A DNA stretch of 64,000 nucleotides from Eledone cirrhosa (Eukaryota): positions 259,718,001-259,782,000 of the forward strand of contig OZ024740.1 of assembly GCA_964016885.1 (NCBI GenBank). Reading direction: 5' to 3'. Position numbers and translations under genes: made by a program. This document shows positions 26,921 through 39,200 of the stretch, piece by piece; position 1 is the first letter of the stretch, and the number at the start of each line of letters is the position of its first letter. Below the pieces are notes generated by a model, which searched no databases, had not been told where the DNA came from, and saw only the letters and a list, made by a program, of their open reading frames with translations.

Positions 26921-29900
26921 AATGGATAGAGTGGGGATGGGGAGAATTAAGTAGGCAGAGAAAGAGTGAGAAAGGAAAACAAAATTATAATAATATCATC
27001 ATCATCATCATCTTCGTTTAACGTCCATCTTCCACGCTAGCATGGGTTATATATATATATATGGAGAGAGAGAGTGTAAGGTAGACAAAGAAACAAAAAG
27101 ATAATATGTATATAGAGAGATAGATATATACAGAGAGAGAGAGAAAGAAGAAAGAGAAGAGAGAAGGAAGACATAGATTGCAAAGACAATGAGAAAATAA
27201 TGAAGGAATGTCAAGGATGGTAACAGTTTGGGGTGCTTTTTGGATGTTCTCCATAAAATGTGAGATATTTACTGCAAACGTCACAAAATCAAATCACAGT
27301 TTGACACAGCTACTATAACTATGTTGCTACAAACATTCACTTAGCAATACTGTTTTTCTACAAGGCGAAGAACTAACAGAGTCATTAGAACATTGGATAG
27401 AATGCTTTGTGGTATTCATTTCAACTCTCTCCTCTCTGAGTTCAAATCCCACCAGGGTCAACTTTGCCTTTCATCCTTTCAAGGTTGATAAAAAAAGTAT
27501 CAGTCTAGTACTGGAGTCAATTCTTTCTTTATATCTCTCTCACTTCCTTTCTTTCACTCTTTATCCTTCTCTGGAAGAAGTCTAGTGTATTCAGACCAGG
27601 ACAAGAGATGGGTGCCACCAGGTTTTAAAATGCCTTAGAAACGCAGTATGTCAAATCTGATTCTAATTTTTAAAGATTAATTATTCTTTTGATACCAACC
27701 TAAACTTGTAGCCTAATGGTTAAGTTTGATACCTGAACCAGACGGTGTGCTGTGTTCTTGGGCAACATACTTCATTTTATGTTGCTTTTCATGATGGGAC
27801 TCAGACATCTATCATTAAAAGACCAAAGAAACCTCATATGAGGCCAGCTAAATCTACATAGGTGTGAACTGCAACAACAATAGTACAAAAACACATATAT
27901 TGGGTTGGTGCATAATTATTGCGGCTTTTTTTCAACAAATTTTATTTAACAAAAACAATAACAATATTTAACAAAAACATCTTTAAATGGCGGTCGGGTT
28001 TTTCTCTTTTCAGAATGCGTATCGAAAATCATATCCACATTCGTCATATTATACTCTACCACTTCGAGAAAATTTGGAATGCAGCCTCAGTCATTTCACG
28101 ATCTCAATGAACCTTTTGGTGAAGGAACAATCAGCAAAAGCCAAGTTGAAAGATGGTTCAGGAAGTTCAAATCGGGCGATACAAACCTCGCAGATGAAGA
28201 AGGAAGAGGTTGACCATCAAATTTCAATGACCAGACACTTTTGGCAGCCGTGGAAGAGGACGAAAGCTTGACAACGAGAATATTGGCCGAAGACTTCAAT
28301 GTGGACCATTCGACCATCGTTCGTCGTCTCAAAAAGCTCGGAAAAATATGGAAATTGGCTGGGTGGGTCCCCCACGAATTCTCCGATAACAACAAAGCCG
28401 AACGTGTCCGAATTTTTACCGATTTGCCGCAGTAATTATGCACCAACCCAATATATAAATGGTAAAGACCCCCCTTCAGTCATGAATGACCATGGGAGGC
28501 ACAAGTCTGGGTAAGGTTGTTTGTGGAAGACCAGCAGTCGCTCATGCATACTAGTCTCCCCTCTCCATGCCACCAATCTGTCCACAAAACAAAACAAACA
28601 TCCTAAACCGAATGTCAACCTTCACTCATGACTCCTGCTAAACCATTTTCATTTCAACACAACCAATTTTATTAATTTCAAAGATTTTACTGGTAATTCT
28701 ATTAGATTAAGAAAATAGACAGAGATCAGTTCATTATAAATATGGTAAAGAGAGGGTGAAAGCATTTACAGTGGAACCTAGGTTTACCAATTTAATTCAT
28801 TCCTGAAGGCTGTTTGTCACTTGAAATGTTCATAAACCAAAACTATTTTCCCCATACAAAATGTTGAGAGAGAAATACAGTAAGAGAAAGACTGATTGTG
28901 GAAGACAGATAGATATCGCCATAGTAACTAACTACAGAGAAAGTGACACTTTCTCGCCGATATTCCAAGCTTGTTGCCAATAATTGTTGCCAGCTTGTGT
29001 GTTTGTTACTCAAGACACCATTTGTGAACCAGGACGTTTCATTTTTCGAAAATATTGTTCGGGAACGGATTTGTTCATGTTGAGAGGTTCCACTGTATTT
29101 TTATTTTAAAACCTTCTATCATAATTTTATTGAAGAACCTTTGATAAATTATATTCTTACTACAAATTTCATGATCAAGAATCTTGCAAATACAAAACAA
29201 AAGTGTTTATATTTATCCAAAAACCTTCGTAAAATTATGCTTCAAGCATCAGTTAGTTATTTTACTAAATATTTCCAAACTTTTACTTATTTGCAAAATT
29301 ATTTGTAAATTATAAGCAATGTTTTTCATTAGAAATATGGTAATTAAAATATAATTTAAAGAATATTTGACTTAATTCTAGCAGATTAAGCAATTAGATA
29401 GAGGTGCCATCATTGGTCTGTTGACAACAATTGATATTAATACTTGCCATCATTAGAGTGTGTAGAGAGGACAGCTCCAATACGGTACTACGATCAGGTT
29501 TTGCACAGCGCAATAAAGCATCAAAGATCATTTGTAGTTGGTTCACTTGAAGTGTTTTATATTCCATCAAACCTTGTTTTACTTCAGATAGCAATGACTG
29601 GAAATCCCTTGTATCAGACTGAAATAATAAAACAAATAAATGAATGTGTGTATGTGTGCGTGTGCATGGTGATGATGATGATGACAGCAATATACAGTAT
29701 GTTATTTTTCAGGAAATACTTTTTCCTATAATGTTAAGTACCATAAGGAAAATATGAGTTCACATCATCTCATCTCTGTCATCTGGAAGGTTGAGGCATT
29801 ATGTTGTATACAAATAAACTCCAAGATTTTCTTTCACTTTCTGCATAGTGGCAGCAGGTGGCCTAGTGGTAAGGGTGTTGGACTTGCAATCATAATGTCC

Positions 29901-30910
29901 TGGGTTGTGTGTTGTTCTTCAGCAAAACACTTCATTTCACACTGCTCCAGTATACTCAGCTGAAAATCAGTTACCAGCGATAGTCAGGACTGGTGTCCTG
30001 TCCTGGGGGAAGTCTTGTACTCTCAGTTGCTTCATGCCAAGAAACTAAGATAAGCACAGGCCTAACAAGTCTTCTGGCCCGAGACAGACTTTAACCTTGT
30101 GATGGACTGGTGTCCTGTTCAGTGGGGAGTCTTGTACTCTCAGTCACTTCATGCCATTAAACTGGGTTAATCATTGGCCTGATGAGCCTTCTGGCTTGAG
30201 ACAGATTTTAACATTGTGATGGACTGGTGCCAGACTTTAGCTAGTAAAGTCTGGCAACTTTTAGATAACAGACTGGAATACCAACTTTTTGGGGCTAAGC
30301 TAGGTGCATCAGGGGTGCACAGGTGCAGCATTAACCAATGTAGATTATGTAACATGGAATTATTCCATATCCTATTACGTAATAATAGCCACCCCCATCT
30401 TAAACCTTTCATTTACCCACAATCTTCTATTCTAATCTACTTTTCTCCCTACTCTCTCAGTTTCTTTTATATATCTTTATATTTTATACTTTGATGTTCA
30501 TGTTATTTTTGTATAAAGGTGCCGCAATGATAAATTTTTGTCACTGTATAATGAAAATTCACCAGTCTGGCCATATTGGTTTATGTATTTACAATCGAGT
30601 TTTCACAATTGTCGATTGATTATTGATGATAAGGTTTCAAGACAAGAATCAATTGTTAACCTGGCGATGAAACATATGTTAATGCCTGAAATAAACCCTA
30701 TTATATCACTTATCTGTGTTAACCCACTTTTTGCCTGTTATTAATACTCCAAGAGCTACTGATCACGGAACTTTCAAGAACTACCCTTCGGACAACCTAA
30801 ATAAGTAAACATCTTGTTGAGTCAACTACCACTGTATGCTGAAATATTCCTTAGTACAGATTACTTCAAACCTGAAATAAGGTAACCCAAAACGATATCT
30901 CATTCACCTT

Positions 30911-30960
<50 letters not shown>

Positions 30961-31059
30961 TTTTTTTTCCTCCCGTTGTATTGCTGGAGGAAAAACTATG
31001 TTCAACACACGATTTCATATCACAAACCTTGCAAAGCAAATTCATTGCCATATATAAAT

Positions 31060-31090
<31 letters not shown>

Positions 31091-33230
31091 GGGTATCATC
31101 ATATCTGTTTAATGTCAATTTTTCCATACTTGCATGGGTTAGACGGGTGGTCCATGCCGGGAGGCAAGTCTGGCCAGAGTTGACCATGTGTCACACCTTT
31201 GGCTGAGTATTTTACAGTTGGATGCCCTTCCTAATACCAACCACGTTTAAAATGTGGGACTGGATGGCTCCGTTATGAGGAGAGACTGGCCAGTTGGCCA
31301 CGCCAAACCCGCCTCACAATGGAACCATGTTTTAGAAGCCCAACCCATCACCCAGTGGAACCATAGTTTTGGAGCCCAGTACCGGATGGCACCAAAATGC
31401 GAGCCTAGACCCATCTTACAATGTAGCCACAGTTTTGGGCCCGTTACTGAGGAGCACTGCTATGAGAAGGGGTGGCCAGTTGGCCGCACAAAATCCATCA
31501 CATAACATTACCACAGCTTTGGGCCCAGTACTGGATAGCACTGCTGGGGGGCAGGGAAGAGGTGCAGAACCACAACCACAGTTTGGGAGTCTGGTGTTCG
31601 ATGGCACCACTATGCAAAAGGACCAGAGATACCGCTATAAGGAGGGGCAAACCAGTTGGCTGCACCGAACCCTTCTCATGATGACACCCCAGTTTCAGAT
31701 ATATATATACTAGCAGAAGTACATTAGTTAAAGAAAGTAATGAAATTTTATTCAAAACTTGATATGTATTCTTAATATTTATTGTGATTAGTGATTCTAT
31801 TATTATTGGCATAACACTGTAAGATCAACAACAATAATAAATTTGAAATAGAAAACTCATAAAAATAAATTATGATAAAAATTCAGTACATTTTTAGAAC
31901 ACCTTCTCGATTTTTATTGGAAATAATTATATTTCTTTGGTTTGTTTTGACAGCTATCAATTAATCTCATCTCTGACTATACTACAAATGATTTTCCCTT
32001 GGAAAACGGAAGAAGAGAGGGTGAACCCTCGGACATGGGGTTTTCTTTAAAAAAAAAAATTAGTTTTCTTTCGTAGAATTGCTTAACCGTAATGTAAGCC
32101 TTCCATTTTTCAAACTGGAGACAAATATTTTTCGGGAAGTGGGCAGCTATGGTAAAATTTCAACAGCTACGTGGTAGCTCGTCATGCTAGAAATAGCAGC
32201 CAAATCTTTCCGTTTTCTGAAAAAGAAATTGTTTTTGCTTATTTGGAAGTCAAATCCGTTTTCACATAATTTGGAGGTCAGATTTATTGCCCTAACTTTA
32301 TGAGCCTTTCTTCCAAATGAAGGTCCGAAAATTTGACTCAAACGTTAGTTTTATTTTTCTTATTTATGAAAAATAAATGGAAGTTAATGCAGTATGTATG
32401 TCATCAGATACACACTATCTCTCTCTCGCTCTGTATATATATATATATACATATATAATATGCACACACATATATATTATATTTTCATAATGATATGAAG
32501 GAATGGGATGGGGGCTTGGGGAGTGGGGGAAGGATTTATGTTGGTTTTGGTCTTACATGCTTGAAATAAAGGTGTTTCCGGATGACTACAAAAACACCCT
32601 TCTTTATTTCAGGCATGGAAGACCAAAACCAACATAAATCCTTCTCCCACTCCGCTCCCCAAGTCCCCATCACATTCCTTCCTCTTTCCCAGTGAACTTC
32701 AGAGTTGGTACCATGAACTTAGGCACGTTGACAGGATGATCAAAGGAGGGAACATCTTCAAATGCAGTCTCTGTATACAGGACTGTCACTCCTATGTGGG
32801 CCTGTACAGTCACTGCACTGTCATCAGCAGCTAACAGAAAATTCTCCAGGCACAAATCCATGGTCTTTTGAGACTGATGGATGCCATAGCCAATAATAAT
32901 AATAATAATAATATATTATATTATGTGTGACCTGACTGGCCTCAAATGGGACAACCAATCTAACCCATGCTAGCATGGAAAATAGATGTTAAACGATGAT
33001 GTTGATATATACGTGAGTGTGTGTGTGTATATATATGTGTATATATATATTAGAGCAAACATCACGGACGCTCTATCTCAAAATTATTTTTGAAAAGCAT
33101 TAGAAATGCGCAACCGGTAAAACTTAAAACCAAAAATGAATACTAACCAATACTATTACTAATTCTCACTTATTCCTAATTAAACTATTTTTCACTGTGA
33201 ACAATTTGTCAGCATTTTCTTTTCCGTTTA

Positions 33231-33288
<58 letters not shown>

Positions 33289-36200
33289 TACATATATATA
33301 TATACACATATATATATATTATAAAGAAAACGAAAAATCAGTGATGCATCACTGATTTTTCGTTTTCTTTATAATATCTACACTCTACTCTGATGAATAT
33401 CGAGTGCTAATTTTGGCATACCGCCTATGGAAGCACCATAGCTACCAATATATACAACTATGGTAGTTCGAGTTAGTAATCGAATAATTAAGCTTAGATT
33501 AGTTGTAGGTAGGAGACTACTGACAATCATCTCGGTCTATGCTCCCCAAGCAGGCCTAGGCAAAGATGAGAAAGACTGCTTTTATGAGCAACGTTTGCAA
33601 ACAACCACAATGACAGAGGACGGAGACATTGTTATGTTAGCAGGAGACTTCAATGGTCATGTTGGACAGCTCCAGGATGGTTACACTGGGGTACATGGTG
33701 GGCACGGTTACGGTTCAAGAAATGAAGAAGGAGTGAGACTTCTTGAATTTTGTGATGCGAGTACATTGACTATTTGCAACACAAACTTCCAGAAACCTGC
33801 CAATAACCTAATAACCTACAAATCTGGTGAGCACATAAGCCAGATTGACTTCCTGCTAGTTAGGCAGCGGGACAGGCAGATAGTGTCTAATACCAAGGCA
33901 TACCCTGGGGAAGAATGTACCCCACAGCATAGGTTAGTTGTTAGTGATATCTCAGTAAGCAAGAGATGGAATGAGACATATAGGAAGGTGTGGAGAAGAA
34001 AGGTCTGGAAGCTAAAAGACCTTTCACTAAAATACAAATTTAGGAAAGCCCTTCAAGATGTATATGACGAAAAAGAAGACGATTTAGAGACGTATGACAT
34101 AGATGATAACTGGAAGTTCTTACGTGACAACTTGCTGCAGACTACTGATGAAACCTGTGGCTGGAGCAGAGCTCCAACCAGACAGAGAGTGACCTGGTGG
34201 TGGAACAGCACAGTAGATAAGGCTCTTAGAGACAAAAGACTATATGGAAGGCTTGGAAAAAGGGTGGGAGTAGGGAAGAATATACAGCCACTAAGAGAGA
34301 AGCTAGACGTCAGGTGTACTTAGCACGCAGGGAGGCAGAGAGTAGAAGGTTTGCCAATGTTCTGCGACGGGAAGATCAGAGGCGTGCGGAGTTCCACATT
34401 GCAAGGCAGTGTGTCAATGCAAATCAGGATGTTGTTGGAGATAAATGTGTCCGGGATGATGCCGGTGTACTTAGTGTCACGAATGATCAGAAAAAGGAGG
34501 CCTGGAAATGTCATTATGAGAGACTGATGAATGTGGAGAACGAATGGGAGAGAGAGAAATTACCCTTGGTAGATCCGACAGAGGGACCAGCTATTGAGAT
34601 TGATGAATATAGGGTCCAAGAGGCGATTAGGGAAATGAAAAATGGTAAGGCGGCCGGACCATCGGGAATAGTTGCTGAGATGCTGAAGGCATCAGGGGAC
34701 GTAGGCACTAAACTGGTTGCACGCATCATCAATCAGGCTATATATGGTGGTGTCATACCCAAAGACTGGTGCAGCAGTATTCTCATAAATTGCTACAAAG
34801 GTAAAGGGGATGCTTTGGAGAGGAGCAATTATAGGGGTATAAAACTGATAGATCAGGTTATGAAAGTGGCAGAAAGGATTTTAGCACAACTAATTAGAGA
34901 AAGGGTCAAACTAGATGAGATGCAGTTTGGTTTTGTGCCTGGGAAGAGTACAACAGATGCCCTCTTCTTGGTGAGACAAATGCAAGAGAGGTTCTTAGAG
35001 AAGAATAAGCCACTATACTTAGCCTTTGTTGACCTAGAGAAGGCCTTTGATAGGGTACCCCGATCTGTCATCTGGTGGTCCCTAAGGAAGCTAGGTGTTG
35101 AGGAATGGCTTGTGAGGACAGTGCAAACTTTGTACAGAGGTACTCTCAGTAAAGTCAGGGTAGGAATGGAGTTTAGTGAGGAATTCCAGATATAAGTAGG
35201 AGTACATCAGGGTTCGGTCCTCAGCCCGCTCTTGTTCATTATAGTCCTCCAAGCCATAACAGAGGAGTTTAAGACTGGCTGTCCATGGGAACTTCTCTAT
35301 GCTGACGATCTGGTTCTTATAGCAGAATCAGTAGAGGAGCTAGAGAATAAATTCTGGCTATGGAAACAGCAAGAGGACTGAGAGTGAATCTAGCTAAGAC
35401 AAAAGTGTTGATGAGTAGAAAAGAGGACAAAACCCTGATTCCATCAGGGAAATGGCCATGTTCGATATGCAGAAAAGGAACTGGCATAAATTCTATAAAA
35501 TGCACACAATGCAGATCCTAAGTACAAAAGAGATGTAGCGGGATAGCAGGCAAACTAACAGGTGGGGAGAAATATGTATGCAGTAGATGTACAGGGAAAT
35601 TAGACAGTAGAAGTCGCACTGATAGACACATTTTTCAAATGCAAGAGGGCGCTATAGAAGTGGTGGATAGCTTCCGGTACCTAGGAGATCAGATTAGCAT
35701 GGGAGGAGGGTGTTCCGAGGCCATAGTATCTAGAATAAGGACGGGTTGGAAGAAGTTTAGGGAGCTGCTTCCTCTGTTGACGAAGAAGGGTTTCTCCCTG
35801 CGTACGAAAGGCCGGTTGTATGATGCCTGTGTGAGGAGCGAGATACTGCATGGTAGCGAGACATGGGCAGCAACTGCAGAGGATATGCGACGGCTGGAGA
35901 GAAATGAGGCAAGCATGCTCCGTTGGATGTGCAGTGTAAATGTGCGTGAACGACTCAGCATAAATGTGTTGAGAGAAAAACTGTGTCTGAGAGGGATAGA
36001 ATGTAGTGTATGGGAGAGGAGACTGAGGTGGTATGGACATGTGATGCGCAAGGAGGATGACCGACGGGTGAAGAAGTGCCAGGAAATGCCAGTTGAAGGA
36101 AGACGTGGTAGAGGTAGACCACGAAAAACATGGGCGGAGGTGGTGAGAACAGACCTCAGATCATTGAAGCTCACGGTGGAGATGACGAGGGACCATGACG

Positions 36201-39200
36201 AGTGGAGAGATGCTGTGCTGAATAAGACCCGTCCCACCCTTGCAAGCAGGGAAAAGCGGACGTAAAATGATGATGATGATGATGATGATGTATATATATA
36301 TAACAGTTGTATTAATATTATGGTTATAATAATTGTTTCTACTTTTTGGCACAAGGCCAGCAATTACCCAGTGCATTACTGGTACTTTATTTTATCGACC
36401 CCGTAAGGATGAAAGGCAAAGTTAACCTCGGCGGGATTTGAACTCAGATCATAAAGGGACGTAACTCTATGCTTCAAAGCATGGTGTCCGACTCTACCGA
36501 TACTGCTATTCCACCGATTATGGTTATAATAATATTAGTGGGAGTAGTTACACTCATTTACCAGTTAGTTTAAACCTCAGTGGGGGTCATGCACAGCTGT
36601 TATATATTTATTTCAGAAACACCGAAGATTCAAAGCATTATCAAACTAACAAATGTTTCTGCCGGCCTAGGATTTCCACTGTTGGGTTATAATTTAATAA
36701 TTTAAACTGTAGGTAGCAATTCAAGATCAGCATTATTAAAGACTTCATTAATATTTCACATAACAGTTTATTACATTAAAGCTCTCATTAATTATTTAAT
36801 TATGTTAACAATTTCCAGATGTTTGAAGAAAAATAAAAATAAAAATAATTTCAAAGAACCATTCAAAAACAGTTCAAGTATAGCAATGCTGGAGAGATGA
36901 CTACGTTTGTGAGAGTTAGAGAATCTTATTTCCAGTTATAATTACAGAGAATGTTATTTTGAAGGATCGTATTTATACGTTTAGAGTCATTATTAAAAGA
37001 AGTTTCTCATTAATTGTTTCTTTCTCATTAATGAAACCATAAGTATATATTTTGAGAAGTGTTATGTATAAGAGGGATAGGTTGAGTGTGCGGGAGAGAA
37101 GACTGTGTGATATGGTTATGTGATGTGCATGGAGGATGACTGCTGGGTAAAGAAGTGCCAAGAAATCCCAGTAGAAAGAAGACCACGAGAAACATGGACG
37201 GAGGTGGTGAGAACTGACCTCAGATCGCTGAAGTTCACGGAGGAGATGACAAAGGACTGTGACGAACGGAGAGATGTTGTGCTGAATAGGACCCATCCCA
37301 CCGTTGCGAGCAGGGAAAAGCAGACGTAAAATGATGATGATGATGTATATGCCATACTAAATGTGGTTTAAACAAATCTTAAATTTCAAATCTTGAATAT
37401 ATGCAATTATAATCGATTGGTGGAAATTAAAGGCTGGCAGAAACATTTGTCAGTTTGGTAATGCTCTGAATCTTCAGTGTTTATGAAATTTATGTGTGCA
37501 TATATGTATAATGTTCATTTTTCCATGCTTGCATGGGTTAGACAGATTGTCACATTATGAGACAAGTCAGTCTGGAGACCAGCATGCTCATACAGATCTT
37601 TATTTTGGCTTGGCTTCTACAGCTAGATGCCCTTCCTAACACCCTTCATGTAGACTGGGTGCGTTTTATCATGTGAATATGTCTGTGCATGTGTTGGATA
37701 ATAGAATATACAATATACAGGGTGTTCGGGCTAAATTTAACATTTTTTTTTTAAGGTAAAAAAGTAAATATCTTAGTCATAAGTAAATTTATTGGAAAAA
37801 TAGAAAGTGGCATAAAGATCAAAACAATCAAAATAGAAAATTCACTGAAAGAAGCTATCTTCAGCCTCCACCAAGGCCTCAATCCGGCTCCGGAATCTTG
37901 CACATGCGGCCTTCACGGTGTCCCCAGGGAGAGCCTCAAACGCCTCCTTAATCCAGTCGATCAGCTGGATGTTGGTGTTACAGGCTGTGCGGATGGTGTC
38001 TTTCTCAACTGTGCCGCACATATAATAATCCATAGGATTGCAATGAAAGGAGTTAGGGGGCCAAAGGTTGGGACTGGTGAAGTCATAAAAATTCTCTGAC
38101 AACCACTTCTGTGTCTACCCAGTGGTGTGGCATTAAGCTGAGTCTTGCTGCCACACATATAGTCTTCCAGCAGCCACCCTCTCCAACCAAGGCTTAATCA
38201 TGGTAATCAGCAACTCCACATAGCCAGCCGAATTGAGCCTGAGGTCCTGTTCAAAGTTGTGAGGTGGCATGACGACACCCTCACTGGAGACTTATCCAAA
38301 AACTATTACAGTTTGGGGAAACTTGGTCTTCATGACACGAGGAACAGCATATGGATTGAAGGCAAGCCATCTGTTGTTCTGGGTGTTGTGCACCTGGTCC
38401 TGACAAAAATTCTTTTCATCAGAGAAGATTCAGATTGTCCTTGGTTCAACCAGATATTTCACTTTGTTTAGGAGCTTCTTTGCTTTGTCAGATGGTTTTT
38501 TTTTTAGCCTTTTGTGTAAGAAGTTAGCCTTTACACCTCTTGTATGAGTGGTAGCAGAGGTCCTCATTCAATGCCAGCTTCGTGGTGGACGCTACAACAC
38601 CCATATCCAATGCTAAAGCTCGAATTCTCTTGACTGGGTGTTCCATCACTTTCTCCTGCAGTTGTTGGATAAATTCTGATGTATGGAGGCAATCAGAATG
38701 TCTGCTGTGTTCTTTCCTACAAGGCACGGCTTCGTAGTCTCCAGGGCAGCTCTTCATTTGTCATCTTATTGCTTTCACAGTGTTCAAAGTGCATTGAATA
38801 GCTGTCATGATTGTGGAATTTTGATGCCCAGCACAAATCATCATGGTCCATGTTACCTTTTTCAAATATTCAGGTGGTTTCCACTTGTTCATTTCAGTTA
38901 ATTTTGACATCTTTAAAACTGTAGTGATTAAGTTTCACAATGCCATTCAATTTTCAGATACATGGGTATATCAGAAAAAAAAATAAAAGAATTAGACTAT
39001 CAAATTTATTCTAAACACCCTGTATATGAATGATATATGGATAGTGCTGTGCCATCATAAAATGCACTTAGTCCATGTTATAAAGTGGTTGGCATTAAGA
39101 AGGGCATCCAGCCATAGAAACCATACAAAAAGTAAATGTAGGAACATCATTTGCCCTGTCTAGTCTCAGAATGTAACAAACTGTCCAACCCATGCCAGGG

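Noticed and set aside
30165-30210. Hammerhead at ctgatgagccttctggc
   Set aside because: Followed by ttgaga rather than GAAA; looks like a SINE tail
33460-36290. Active autonomous RTE
   Set aside because: Lacks the endonuclease N-terminus and carries frameshifts and stops
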